DNA of 64,000 nt, taken from the NCBI GenBank assembly GCA_051294905.1, contig CM119371.1:4466001-4530000 (forward strand), in the 5' to 3' direction. Position 1 is the first letter of the stretch. Every line of letters begins with the position of its first letter. The notes beneath the pieces were generated by a model, which was given only the letters and a program-made list of their open reading frames with translations, was not told where the DNA came from and did not search any database. Position numbers and translations under genes: made by a program. The DNA comes from Botryllus schlosseri. Taxonomy: Eukaryota. Shown one piece after another: positions 26,151 through 39,541 of the stretch.

Positions 26151-27987
26151 GACAGCACCCAAAATGCACACGTAACAATGTCTGTACTACTGTTGTTACT
26201 ACACGCGCGCCTTTGTATCGCTTTCGGAAGTGCCGCATATCGATTTTACAACCCGGCACAGGCTTCAGACACACCCTTGTCACACCCATTGACTGCGTAA
26301 ACCAGAACAGAGGCTGAACTAACCCGGGCAGGGGTCGCGACATTATTTTCACGGCGCGCTTACCGATTTGTTGTGCACGACGTCCGATTATGACCATATT
26401 TTAGGGTTACAGTAATTTGAAAACGTGAAAAGAGGACACTTAATTTCAACTTGCAATACTGGAGTAAAAACCGGTAAATTTCCCCCGACTTCGTGGATGG
26501 TTGACTGAAAAAGTCATTTTTCCGACCCGACTCCTTTTGTCGTATTCTCCGTTGGTTGACTAAAAAAAATGAAGAAGAGGTCAACTTTCCCGCTCAATTC
26601 ACAAAACAACACCCGGAACGTTTCTTGGGCACTAATTTGCTATATTTCAGTTGAATTTAAACCTATTTTTAGCCAGAATTTTCAAAACAGAGGACAATTT
26701 CTCAAAAAAAGAGGACATTTGGACGTCCTTCGAGGACACTTTGAAATAAAGTCAATAAAGAGGACGTATGGTAACCCTACCATATTTTTGGAGGAATATT
26801 ATGGGCCGCAGAAGGCTTGGAGATTTGCGTTAATCGGTCGCCATGTCAGTAAAGGTTACTAACTGCTGATATAATGCTAGTTTAGTAATTGGAAAAAAAT
26901 CTTATTCGACATCATAGAAGCTTGTTAACAATACATTCTGTGTTGCTTGATCGACAAAATAAATAAAATATCATTCTACTCTATACGTTCACAGTTCGTT
27001 GACTTCGGCGACAATGTTGATCGGGGACTCCCCCTCTCTGATTAGATTTTTTATTGGTCAAAAAAAGTAATATGTCAGTGCTGTGCTTCTGTTTGGATAA
27101 CACATATTAAGGGTGTCGTAGAATGGTGACCATTCTCGCACACGCCGTGTGATTAGCAAGTTGTGGAATATCAAATTATATCTCTGGAGCTGGACTACAC
27201 AACGGGATATCAGAATCATACGTCGTTCTTTGCTCGTTTGTTCAAGGGCAGTTCAGGAACTTATACAGGTTAGTTTTGCATTCTTTGTTGCATTATCGTT
27301 GATGTCTTTGGTATTGGTACAGTACTTATAAATCACGGTTTCTTCATTGCTAAATATCTGGTATGCTATTCTATTTTTGTCTGTTTGTTTTACTAGAGGA
27401 CGTAGAGGTTCTATCACTTCTATGTAGACTTATGCAAACTATCAATTAGTTAGTTGACAATCAACTATAATGGATGGTTTTGTGACTAGTTCTAGTTCTA
27501 GTTGAAGATTTAGTGAAGGGATTAGTTATACTTAGTTGCCGAACCACTAGAAAAGGCGTGTCGTCGTTTGGTGTGAATCGTGATTACGATGTTCTGTTGT
27601 GTGATGTTCTTGCAGTTGCAGCCATTGCTAGCCTAGAGTCATCACTACGAACAGTGGTGTAGCCAATAGGTGGGTTTTGGGGACAAATATTCTCCCATTT
27701 CAAACTTGTACCGATGTTCTTGTGGAAAATCGATCTGATTCTGATAATATACAAATTTACGAGCTGCTTCGTAATTCAATCTAGTTAGTTTGTTGTGTCA
27801 TTAGTTCTATTTCCAGTCTTCTTGGCTACCAACTGCAAGTTATTAAGGTTGTTACAAATATTTTGTAAAAAACCTAGCATTTTATCAACTGGCCAGTGAA
27901 ATTTGACAAAATAAGTTATTTTTGTCAGTCCGTCTGTCAATGCAAATATTTTGTTTTGCAGATTGATTTGTATTTGATTTCACGATA

Positions 27988-28161
27988 ATGTGTGATAACG
28001 TTGACATTGCTACTAGAGAGAATCCCGATTTCGTGTGTGATGACTCTACCAGTAAACGATACACAAACGTCCATTTCTTGGCAAAGAGGGATTCTCAAAA
28101 TGATTTGAAATCTTGGAGCACGGAACGTAACAAGTTTTCGCTTACAAAATTGTACCAAAAG
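27988..28161 (+). pseudogene. PLK1: PLK1-like first coding exon (Gly-loop to the VAIK-equivalent lysine)
   Basis: ENPDFVCDDSTSKRYTNVHFLAK/GFSK*FEILEHGT*QVFAYKIVPK then GT. Matches PLK1 ...RYVRGRFLGKGGFAKCFEI...EVFAGKIVPK. Confidence 0.85.
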
Positions 28162-29035
28162 TGTCAAGTTTGTTAACACAAGGAATCTATGCGACTGCAG
28201 TTGTCGTATGCACCAACGCCTGCTTCTGTGAAACCCTTACGAGTGAAAACAAGGATTCGGTCTAAAGCTTGTAAGTTGTCATTCTCATATACTTTTTGAA
28301 GCTGATGTATCACATTAAATTGGACCACCTCTTGACAATTGTGCATTGGTAATATCTCTTGATTCTCAGCTCGACTTCTAGTCCTACTTGAAAAACAGAT
28401 TCCACCTATGTGGTTAAACTAATTCTACTATTTTATTCTACTTTAGTAATATGTGGTTTGTTTTGATACAAGCATAGAATTTGCGAAATATAATTAATTA
28501 GCAGGAATGGTGAATTTCTTCTAACTGCAAGTTTTAGCTGCTGTGTGAGAATATAAATAACCCACCTACATATAGATGAGAAACATGTGACTGTGCAGCT
28601 GTTCACTCAGATAACAACATCGATTTTGTGGTCTCTTGGTAAACGGATACGGTAGTATTATTGCAGGTGAACTGACCGCAATATTTCCTTGGTAAAATCG
28701 AATAACATATTAATATTAAAAAATGAACCAGCATTTGGCCCACACTGGACAGGGGTAATCGTCAGCAACTAGTAGAGAATTCAAAAGAATTTGTATATCA
28801 CGAGTTTCATTAACTAGGCTACTAAATACTATTACATTAACCAGATATGACATCACAGGCATGAAATTTCGAATGGGTAGGATAGTAATCTATAACACGA
28901 CAGTACACTGGTACGCATTTCTAGTTGTTTCTCAACTGTTTTTTTTTAAATGTGCAACTTGAATTAGAATTACACATAGGCCTACTCACTTTTCATAATC
29001 TGCAACCAGTACCAGGCCTACTATCTAAATTTCAG

Positions 29036-29184
29036 GCACTACTCGTGAAGCAACATGCGAAAGACAACATGTGTCAAGAGATCAGTCTCCATTGCAGTTT
29101 GAATCACAAGCACCTCGTTGGATTTCCGGGATGTTTCAAGACAAGGATTTTGTTCACATCGTTCTCGAGTTGTGCGAAAGAAGG
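29036..29184 (+). pseudogene. PLK1: PLK1-like exon 2, copy 1
   Basis: ALLVKQHAKDNMCQEISLHCSLNHKHLVGF/FQDKDFVHIVLELCERR. One frameshift; donor mutated GT>AT. Confidence 0.9.
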
Positions 29185-29793
29185 ATAACAGCATTTCCAT
29201 GTTACAAATGCAATGTCTCTCAAACTGTAGCGCAATTGTATCAGCCTTGTAGGGCTCGGTACTAGCAGACTGTCCAATGAGAACAAGCGGTCAAATCTAA
29301 TCTAAGTCAGAAGCACACTGGGTTCGTTTGGCTGTTATGTAGGGTCACAAAGACAAAAATTACATACCATTGACGGTTTCAAGAATGCCAATCAACAGTA
29401 TGCTATTGGTATGCTACTATAACGCAAGAATGCTGTCGGGCTATCACTATGAATTTTAAAGTGTCGGGTGCATAGAATTTAATAGGATGGCAAATCCAGG
29501 AAAATTACACATGACATGGTAGTGCTATGTGTGTTAACAGCAGGCTATCATGTATTATTGTGTATGAATTACAATTGATGTAATGACCTTGATTTTTGTT
29601 TATGTCTTTTAAGAATTTTGCTAATCTGATTTGGAAATATCATCTAGCTATCTTTCAACTTCTGGTCAAATTTGGAAGAATATGGAGTCAAGTCATAATT
29701 CTAATTCTAATCCATCTTCATTTAGCAATTCCCAACAAATAAGATCAATAATTTCATTCTAGCAATCCTATTATCTTTCTATTTTATTGTCAG

Positions 29794-29893
29794 TCGGTGA
29801 TGAAACTTGACAAGAGGCACATTATTGCATGCAACTGATTCTGCTGAAGTTGTTTATCTTCGCCATTGTAAGATCCTTTACTGGGATATCGAG
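29794..29893 (+). pseudogene. PLK1: PLK1-like exon 3, copy 1 (heavily degraded)
   Basis: CAG|TCGGTGATGAAACTT...GATATCGAG|GTAAC, homologous to 35120-35245. Confidence 0.75.
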
Positions 29894-30249
29894 GTAACGT
29901 TGCTTGCAGTAGTGCATTGTAGCAGGTAGGAGGTGGTCAGTACAACACTCGGGTCAGATAACTCTAGTTGTCTAATTAAAGTGTCTGTATTCTAATTTAA
30001 TTTTGATTTTCTTGAAGTTTATACAGGACTGTGTAGCACGAAACGAGACAAGCTTATTGTACAGACTTTCGGCATTCTTGTGTTTATGAGAATGAACTCT
30101 GATTTGATATCAACTGAACTTGATATGGACAATGTGTCTTATATTGATACTTGATACTTCCCGTCCGAATACGGAAATAGTTGAATATTTGATATCCATA
30201 TCTTGATTTGTATTATAGTTTTAATTCCACAAATCCTGAATCATATCCG

Positions 30250-30419
30250 TGATTTTCTCACTGGAATGTTGGCGAGCGACCCGTGTCAACGACCCTCTGT
30301 AATGAAGTGCTGGCGAGCGAGTTTTTTTTAACGGAATCTACCCGCAACCTGCTTGAACATGGAACCTATGTTCTCAGAAAGCCAACTACAGCAAAGGCGT
30401 CCTCTGCATAGTTTAAACA
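30250..30419 (+). pseudogene. PLK1: PLK1-like kinase C-terminal exon, copy 1
   Basis: MLASDPCQRPSV/NEVLASEFF*RNLPATCLNMEPMFSESQLQQRRPLHSLN|GTGAG, compared with PLK1 [21 protein letters not shown]...LPITCLTIPPRFS. Confidence 0.85.
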
Positions 30420-30993
30420 GTGAGTTTTTTGTAGGCCTTGGCAAAATCGAGTTCCTGACTAATTGGACTCTGAATGGAGTATTACGTTTCAAGTCGCGTA
30501 CTCGAGTCTCATTCATCATAACTAGATCCCGACCGATATTGTATTTTGAGCCAGTACCGATAAGTAGCACCTTCACCGATAACCACAATATATTCGGTTG
30601 ATATTGAAATAGTATGACAACTAGCTTTAGACATGTTTCCAAACCTTCAGAGGATTTATTTGAACTTCGCAGATGTTGCTATACTTGGATATGAAATAAG
30701 GTAAAAATCATGCATCTGACCACACGTAAGCAGAGTCAGTCTGTAGCAATATTACTTCTACTTTTACAGAGTATTCAATAAGGTTTTGAACCGCGGCTCT
30801 ACCATTATTGGTAGTGATGACTCTGAGACGGCTGAAAGAATATCACACAACGGAAAACTGGTATCATGATTCACGACAAATGACACGTGTTTTTTTAATT
30901 TATTGGCTACTAAAATATTTTTACATACGCAACTATGACTAGAACTACTCACCCTTTTAAAATCCGCAACTAAAGCCAGTATCTGAATTTCAG

Positions 30994-31137
30994 GCATTGC
31001 TTGTGAAGTAGCAAAAAATAATGTGTCAAGAGATCAGTCTCCGTCGAAGTTGGAATCACGAGCACATCGTTCGATTTCAGCGATTGTTCCAAGACAAGTA
31101 TTTTGTCTACATCGTTATCGAGTTGTGTAAAAGAAGG
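30994..31137 (+). pseudogene. PLK1: PLK1-like exon 2, copy 2
   Basis: ALLVK*QKIMCQEISLRRSWNHEHIVRFQRLFQDKYFVYIVIELCKRR|GT. Confidence 0.9.
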
Positions 31138-32185
31138 GTAAAAAAATTCCCTCATTACAAATGTAATGTAACTCTAACTGTGCTGGTCGGAAAATGCATT
31201 AGATCTGTAATGTTCACTACTAGCAGACTTGGACAACCACATCATTATTATACTATAATATATTAGGGTAAATAATTCCAATATAACTAGTCCACTATTT
31301 CTATATGTATAGTGTGGATCAGTCATTTACTATTCTCATGCTTATGATCGTCAACTCAGATTTTAACTGAACTTGATTTCTCTTCCCAACTAGCGAATTT
31401 CAATTCTACTCTAATTTGGAAAAATGTGTTCAATATAACTAAAATCCCAATCTAGTTTGGATAATTTGATCATTTTCTAGTGACACAACTGTGATCACTA
31501 GGGCTGGGAACAATGATTTGATGACTCAAATCTGAATCGAGTATCAATTCTAATCATTTGAGTCTAGTAGTAGGAAATGATTGTGTCGAGTACTGACAAT
31601 ATACGCTCCATACCACAAAAAGGAAAAAATATATTTAACAATAAGCAGAACTGAACCAATGGGAATTATAATTTCGATAATATTTCTCACTGTGGAAAGC
31701 TGCAAACCTGGATTGGTCGTAGCGCAGCATACAAAACATTGTAGTAGGCCTACAAAGCAACTCACGTTACCGAAAATAACATATCTGTGAAGTTGTGATC
31801 AACCAAAACCTTCGTCCCATAGTGTGATGAAATAGGTATAGTTAAAAAAGACCAAATAATCTTTATAGACTAGAATTAGCATTATATCCATTGTTGTGGT
31901 CTTGCTGTGACGTTAACATGGGTGACTCAAACTCATTACTCGATTCAGAACCAAATCACTCACATACTCTATTTCAGCCGGCCCTATTTATTACACGTTC
32001 CGTATCAAAAAGCAAATATTAGGTGAAGTTTCTAGTTTGGAAGTTTCACCGGTCTGCAAAACTGTTGTCAAATTTGACCGTCCCTTTAACTCAGAAAGGT
32101 TGAGATCCACTGATTTAGTTGTGTCCAACAAATAATACTTTTTTCTCATTCCAGCAATCTAATTACCTTCTATTTTTGGCGTCAG

Positions 32186-32301
32186 TCGCTGATGGAGTTT
32201 GCAAAAGAAGTTGCGCCATCACAGAACCAGAGACTCGTCATCACATGCAACAGATTGATTTTATAGTCACGATCGTCAAAATCATCCACAGAGCTATCAA
32301 G
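32186..32301 (+). pseudogene. PLK1: PLK1-like exon 3, copy 2
   Basis: SLMEF/KRSCAITEPETRHHMQQI...KIIHRAIK|GT; the catalytic HRD is changed to HRA. Confidence 0.88.
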
Positions 32302-33039
32302 GTAACATTCTATGCAGTACTGCATTCGTAAATAATCTTTGAAAATCATGTCGGAACCAGAGTTGACAGAGTATAGTAGTTTGCCAATTTGGGAATAAAA
32401 CTATACACTAGGGCTGTTGAAATATAACCTTTTTTCCTGAATCTTGCTGGCTACATGATTAAATCGTCTGGTTGTCTTAAAAAAACGACGTACACCAAAT
32501 TTGAATTCATTCCAACCAGTATTCGCGGATTTCGTACAGTTTGAAAATTTCGAATTTGCCCAAAAATGCAAAAAAAAACAATATTTTTCAAATTTGACTG
32601 CCAACCCCATGAAATATCAATTCCACGCCGTAGAAGCGGAGTTATTTGATTTTTTCAATAAAAATTCTTGATCCTGCATCATTTTTGAAGACAGCGCACC
32701 TGAGTGATTTGAATCTAAATCCCGTATTGGAATTTTGAGTCGACGTTTCGAGTATCACTCAATATGATGTCATAACAGTACGAATGATGTGGATAGTACA
32801 GATACGTACCTTTTGCGCGACGTCAAAAAAATATAATGCCAGATCTGCCATTCTGCATCACATTGAAGATGATTTCGTATTTAATCGACCACACCTATTT
32901 CATTGCATTTGTGACAATACTGTGGGTTGATCACGACTTCACCGAAATGTCATTTCCATTAACTTGCGTAACTTCGTACTGCATGCTTGTTATGTTCTGA
33001 TACGACCAATCGACATTTCAAGGCTTCCACGGTGAACAG

Positions 33040-33583
33040 TAGGGTTGTTCAGAATTTTTGGATTTCAAGTATTCACTGATTATATTGTTAGGTAGCCTAA
33101 AAAAGGCTGTACACCAAATTTGCTTTGATTCCAACCAGCGAAAGTTGCAGCAGAGCCAATTGAAATTTTCTCATCATGCAGCCAGACGAAGATTAAAAAA
33201 AATAGAAATAAAATTTCAAATTTAACAGGTAACCCCACGGAATTGTTAATTTGCCTAACAGAATGATGCATAAAAATTTTTGCTCACTCCCAACCGGTAG
33301 ATGCAAAGTTATTGCAGTCGAGAGTTTTGGATTTGCAAAAATAGCATTGATGGTGGGTAGGTCCACAATTATTGATGAAAAACTTGAATCACTTTGCTTC
33401 TACAGGTTAGAGGTGTGTCAAATTTCTTTTGCATCGTTTTTGTAGACATTTTGATATGGCTCTGCCGCGGCTTCTGATGGTTGGAATTGAGCCAAGTTTG
33501 GCGTGCAGCCTTTTTTAGCCAACATTACAATTTAATCAGTGAATCCCCGGACCACGAAAAAAAGTTGCTTTTGAACAACCCTA
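33040..33583. mobile_element. hAT MITE
   Basis: TIRs TAGGGTTGTTCA...TGAACAACCCTA. Exact TSD GTGAACAG. A partial related copy starts at 32408. Confidence 0.92.
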
Positions 33584-33966
33584 GTGAACAGTGCTGTCAA
33601 AACTATAATCTTTGTCGAGTAGCAAGGATCGTATCATTTCGGTGCTCGTAAAAATCTCTCATTACTCGACTCGAATCATTGTGCCCAGCCTTAGCCAACT
33701 GCATATTGCAAAGACTTCTGACATTATTATCAGCGAGACTGGGCAAAATCCAGCATCTTGGTGATTGGATTACCTGTTGGGTATTGAGCGTGAAGCCGGG
33801 TGTTCTTGTAGCCTGTATCCTGCCAACCGGCTTTGCGAATTCGATTTCTTGTCTGGCTCCATACTAAGTATAAACTTTTTATGAGGTCATTTTGATGAAG
33901 AAAATCCTACTAATCCACATCACAAATGCAGTGCTATTATTGCAAAGTTATTTCTTTACTTGACAG

Positions 33967-34125
33967 GTGCTGCTAGAACCGAGACACAGAAGCACATATG
34001 TGACAAGCAAGAGACGACCATCATATGCAGTAATCAATCACCAGCCTTCAATATGGCAAAATTGGAAGCTCAGTTCAAGAGGTTTACCCATACCAATCCA
34101 ACTTTGAAGTCTGCTATAAATATGG
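33967..34125 (+). pseudogene. PLK1: PLK1-like inter-domain linker exon, copy 1
   Basis: AG/GT-bounded GAARTETQ...FNMAKLEAQFKRFTHTNPTLKSAINM. Its paralogous copy directly precedes the DEAEDP exon. Confidence 0.7.
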
Positions 34126-35119
34126 GTTGGTATTTATGTAATCACTAATTGATTTCATTTTGAATCGACTTCCCTCTCACATGTACTTGTACTTGACTTC
34201 CCTACTTGTACGAATCAGAGATTTTATAACCATTCATGACCGTCGCGACAACTGAAAAATATCAAATATTCTCTGTGGAAATCCTGTTTGTCAAATGACA
34301 TTAACACAAATCTGGCCGATATCTTGAAATCAATGTTAATCTCAAATTCATGTCAAGTTATAGAGATATGATTTATCCAAATTACGGCTCTTGCTCGTAT
34401 GTGACGTTGCCGAGAAGAGCTGTGCAGAATGAATCGGGTGGGTGCTTGAATCTGAATCGCACATTATTTTCTTGAATCCAGTCGATTAGTGAGAAACGTT
34501 CCGTTCCATCACTGAAATTCTGCGCTTCTTATCATTCAGAGTTGATTGATCAATGAAAATGATTGCTTCGACACTCATGTCCACAGTGCCAAGCTGTAAA
34601 TCTCGATTGGTCGTATCACAACATACTTAACATGTGGTACAAGCATGAACGCATATTAGTGGAAATGACGTATCTGTGAAGTCGCGATCAACCTCAGCAT
34701 TTTCGCAAAGTGCAATAAAATAGGAATCGTAAAGGGATGCAAAATCGTCTTTAATGTTATGTAGGACTGGCGTTATATTGGTTGTAGTTACATATTTGAA
34801 CTTTCCACGTCATCAACACTGGTATGGCATCACAATAAGCGCTACTCGAACACTCGACTTTAAGCCTAATACTCGATTCATATCCAAATCATTCAGGTAC
34901 TTGATTTTTGACAGCCCTACGTATAACAAGTCAGGTATCAAAATGGCAGCATGAAATGAAATTCAGAATTAGGAAGGTTTATCGGTTCAAAAAATTGGTT
35001 GTTGAATTTTACAGGCCCGCTAAGTCAAAAAGGTTGAAAACCACTGATTCAGATGTTCCCAACAAATGATATTGTTTTTTCATCCTGCCAATCCGATTAG
35101 CTTTAATTTATGTTTTGAG

Positions 35120-35245
35120 TCGCTGATGGAGGTTTTACAAAAGAATGCGTGCCATCACAGAAGCAGAGACGCATTATTGCATGCGACAGATTCTGATTAC
35201 CATCGTTATCTTCACGATTATAAGATCACTCACAGAGACATCAAG
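35120..35245 (+). pseudogene. PLK1: PLK1-like exon 3, copy 3
   Basis: SLME/YKRMRAITEAETHYCMRQIL/RYLHDYKITHRDIK|GT, with two frameshifts. Confidence 0.9.
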
Positions 35246-35934
35246 GTAACAATTGTGATGTAGTTGTCTAATGAAAATAAATACAGCGAGGCTGCAATCT
35301 ACTTCTAATTCTAATCTAATTTGTCGAATTTTTCTATGCTCTCATTAATCTGATTTCTGATTTTCCTGAAATTGCAACAGGAGAACTGTATCTTGCAAAA
35401 CCAACCAAGCTCGATGTACAGACACTTGCCATCCTTTTGCTTATGAGAATGAAGTCTTATTTGGTACTAACTGAACTTCTTGTCCAAGGTTTTGTCAATT
35501 CTGAAATTCTAACTGTAATTTAATTTTGAAAAATCTGTGTAGCTATCATTTTACTCTGATTTAGAGGAGAAACTGTTTAGCTTTAACCCGAATTCAAATC
35601 TAATTCGTAAAAAAAACTGCGTAGCTATCATTGTAATTTTTTGATTTGGAAAAAGCTGTGTAGCTATGATTCTAATTCTAATCCAACATTCATAAAATAA
35701 CGTAGCAGCTGTGATTTCAATCGCAATCTAATTTGGAAAAGCTGAAAATTTTCTAGTTGATCAAGTCTACAAATAGATTTATCCTGATACTTAATCTCTT
35801 CCTATCGAACTACGCAAGTAGTTTACTATTTCAAATCCAAATCATGATTGATATTATGGTTTTAAATCCACATATCCTGATTCCCAAACAATCTCATAAA
35901 AATATGATACTAGCTGTGATTTTATTACTATTTG

Positions 35935-36098
35935 TGATTTTTTTCACCAGAATATTGGCATGCGACCTCTCAACGACCCTCTGCAAAGGAAGTGCGATCG
36001 AGCGAGTATTTTAACGGCTACATTTCACAGAAACTGCCCACAACCTGCATGACCATGGCGCCAACTACAGCGAAGGCGACCTCTATAGAGTTTTAATG
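35935..36098 (+). pseudogene. PLK1: PLK1-like kinase C-terminal exon, copy 2
   Basis: RILACDL/QRPSAKEVRSSEYFNGYISQKLPTTCMTMAP...|GTAAG. Confidence 0.85.
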
Positions 36099-37012
36099 GT
36101 AAGATTTCTTTCTAGCTCCGAGCAAATTAGAGTTCGTGATTGATTCGATTCTGAATCGAGTATATGGCAACTAGCGTGAGGCACATTTCGAAACCTTCAG
36201 AACATTGATTTGAAAAACATTAGAGCCGCTGCTATACTTGGACATAAAATATACTATAAAGACTGCATCTGTACACTTATGCAAAGCCAGTCAGTAACAA
36301 TAGTAGCCTACTTCATTTTTTAAGATTACTCAAGTACGTTTTGCCATATACTTACACTAATACTCAAGTCACTCAAATGTTTTAAGACTACTTTTGTACC
36401 TCCTAAGTAACAGTTCAGTTTTTTGGCAAAACCAGGTCTAGAATACTTGCTTTATTACCGTACCTACTTGGAAATCGCTACTTCTGCGTATGCTCGAGTA
36501 GACATTTACAATCTTACTTCTACTTCAATCCTTGAGTACCAACGTGCCCACTTGTAAGTTAAGAGAAATAGATGAATATTCCCAATGTAGCAATCGCAAT
36601 AGTTTTCCCTGCTACCCTGTTGTGACGCCACAAAAATTGCCTGTATTTTTACCTCTCATAGCCGATATTGGTCCAGCTCTACTATAGACTCGATATGACT
36701 GGCCAAACGATATCATGGGTGTGGCTATAATTACAACTTATTTAAATAAACCTCATCTCCTGACACTCATGAACTGGCAATATCTCCTGATTGTAAAATT
36801 CGTCTCTACTCCTAGTTCGAAACACAATTTGCATAGGGCCGCATATGGAACTGCTTTCTTTTCTTCTCAAGTCCGGGTTAAAGATCCCTAATTAACTAAC
36901 TAATAGGCCTAACTGATAATATGAAATACTGATTTTCATGCACAAATTGAACTAGAACTACTCACTTTTCAAAATCCGCGACTAAATCTGGTACCCCGTA
37001 TCTGAATGCCAA

Positions 37013-37162
37013 GCATTGCTCGCGGATGATCACCAGAAAGACAGAATATCTCAAGATATCAGCCTCCACGCCAGTTTGAATCACAAGCACGTCGTTGGAT
37101 TTTACAGATTGTTCCAAGACAAGGTTTTTGTCGACATCGTTCTCGAGTTTGTGCTAAAAAAA
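37013..37162 (+). pseudogene. PLK1: PLK1-like exon 2, copy 3
   Basis: ALLADDHQKDRISQDISLHASLNHKHVVGFYRLFQDKVFVDIVLEF; the acceptor is mutated. Confidence 0.9.
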
Positions 37163-38129
37163 GTAAAAGCATTTCCTTGTGATAACTGTAATGTCTCTCA
37201 AACTATGGAGGTCGCAATTGCATCAGCTCTGTAAGGTTCATTTCTGGCAGACTTTGACAACTAATTAATATCAATTATAATGATTTTTTGTGTATTTCTT
37301 TCACATATTTAGTAATTCTAGCTGTAATTCTAATTCTAAGCACATTTGAAAAAAACGGTAGCTATCGTTCACGTGTCATTTGGAAAAATTTATCCAGCCC
37401 AGTACTCGGATGTGAATCGAGTATAAATTCTAATGACTCGAGTCAAGGTGTGAGGAATGAATTTTATTTGAGTACTGAAATGATACGCTCTGTGCCACAA
37501 GAGTCAAAATGATTACTCATGAACCTAGCTGAATTGAACTGTGAGTTAATTTAGCAACGAGAATTATGGTTTCGACAATATTTCGCACTGTGGAACGCTG
37601 TAAACCTGAATTGGACGCATGCAGCATATGAAACATGTAGTGCAAAGCTACACAGGTTTCTGGAAATCGCATATCCGTGTAGTCTTGATCAGCACACAGC
37701 ATTGTCAAAAAGTGCAACGAAATAGGTGCGGTCCCAAAAATGCCAAATAATCTTTAATATGATGCAAAACTGGGATTGCACTCTTGTGGTTGCATGAATG
37801 GGCCTCATTTGAACTTTATACATCATTCACGCTGTTATTATGACGAGTTTTACGGCAGTACTTGTCTTGACTCGAAGCCTAATACTCGGTTAAGTTTCAA
37901 ATCAGGTATTGATTTTGCACAGCCCTACGTATACCAAGTCAAATATCAAAATAGCAGCGTGATATGATGTTTCTAACTTTGAAGTTTCGCCGATCTGCAA
38001 AATTTGTTGTTGAATTTTTACCTGCCCCCGGTCTCCAAACGGTTGAGAACCACTGATTTATATTTACCCAACAAATACTGCTATTGATTTCATTCTATCA
38101 ATCTGATTAGCTTTGATTTTCATTGACAG

Positions 38130-38254
38130 TGGCCGATGGGTCTTGACAAAAAAGGCGCATCATCACAGAAGCAGAGACTCATTATTTCATGCGACTGATT
38201 GTGCTTGAAGTCGTTTACCTTCACGATTCTAAGATCATTCAGACAGCTATCAAG
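38130..38254 (+). pseudogene. PLK1: PLK1-like exon 3, copy 4
   Basis: RIITEAETHYFMRLIVL...RYLHDSKII-like sequence ending ATCAAG|GTAG. Confidence 0.85.
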
Positions 38255-38816
38255 GTAGCATTGTTTGCGGTGGTTCCAGACAGTGCGAAATGCTGGATTT
38301 CTGATATGGTCAACTACAACTAGAACTGCTTCGTTTTCAAAACTAGTAACTAAGACCAGAACCAACGACCGTTAAAAACCCGCAACTAACTAACTAAAAT
38401 ATAGCTAAGTAATAACGGATAATTTAATTTCCTAATAACAAATGAGCTAAGCAATATTGGAGATAGAATCGGGATTTTAAACGGACGGGTTTTGGATTTC
38501 AACAGGAGGGGTTTCGACTCCCCAAAACCACCCCTCCTTATATCACTGTCTTTTGGTAATGATGACTTTGAGTTACCAATGTCTGCAAGATCATCACACA
38601 ACAGATCACAGGCATCATGACGATACGCATTTTCTAGTTGTTTGGCAACTACATCTTTATTAAAATGCACAATTTAAACTAGAAGTACTAAAAAAGCAGC
38701 GGTGACTCGAGTCATTGCACATGACTCAACGGAGTCATATAACTCATGACAAATCAAGCCAGAACGTGTCTTATAGCTGTTTGAATAAGCCAATTGAGAG
38801 TAGAGTTGGTCTAAGT

Positions 38817-39510
38817 CAGAGGTCTCAAACTCAAATGCTCTCGCGGGCCAATTTCCTACTTTTGATGACGCCGCGGGCCGCAGCACCAATAATAGGTTAA
38901 TTAAATGTATTTCCAAGTAGGCCTTATTTGACGGGACTTGCAGACTCACATTCCACACGCATGAAAATGTGATTTACTATTGTGAATTCACGCCTGGCAC
39001 GACGAAAATCACATTTTTAAATATTTGAATAAAATTGTTGCTTTACTTGGCATAGTTTGTCAAAATAAATAGTTGTAGACACCGTGCGACAGTACAGACG
39101 CATCAGGACATCGTAAAAGCTCTCGCGTTATAATTTTGCAGGTAGTGGACATTTCACGTGCCACAACCACAGGTAGAATTTGAGAATTTTACAAAGATTG
39201 ATATGATATCAGAGCAGTGGAGCAGTACACCCGGGTTTCGGGCATAGGCCCACACCGCCCACTCCTGATAGAGATAGTGTAATGGTTATGCGTCCGGCTT
39301 CTCGAGCGGTAGGTCGTGGGTTCGATTCCCGGCCGGTTCATACCAAAGACTCGGAAAATGGTATCCGCAGCTATCCTGCTAGGCGCTCAGCAATCACGGA
39401 TAGCATGGAGGACAAAAAAAACGGGGGCGCAGACTAGATGACCTCATGGGGCCGTATCGCAACTCCGTCGTCAAAGCATCTCGATGGTGCAGGCGAAAAA
39501 GAATATCATA

Positions 39511-39541
<31 letters not shown>

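Noticed and set aside
39267..39340. Functional tRNA gene (also 46098-46178)
   Set aside because: A and B boxes are present but the acceptor and anticodon stems do not pair properly. The 39.3-kb copy continues into a SINE body and tail.
39480..39537. SINE as the partner of the 51.6-55.3 kb LINE because both end in (TC)n
   Set aside because: No similarity is visible upstream of the microsatellite tails, and a shared dinucleotide tail alone is weak evidence.
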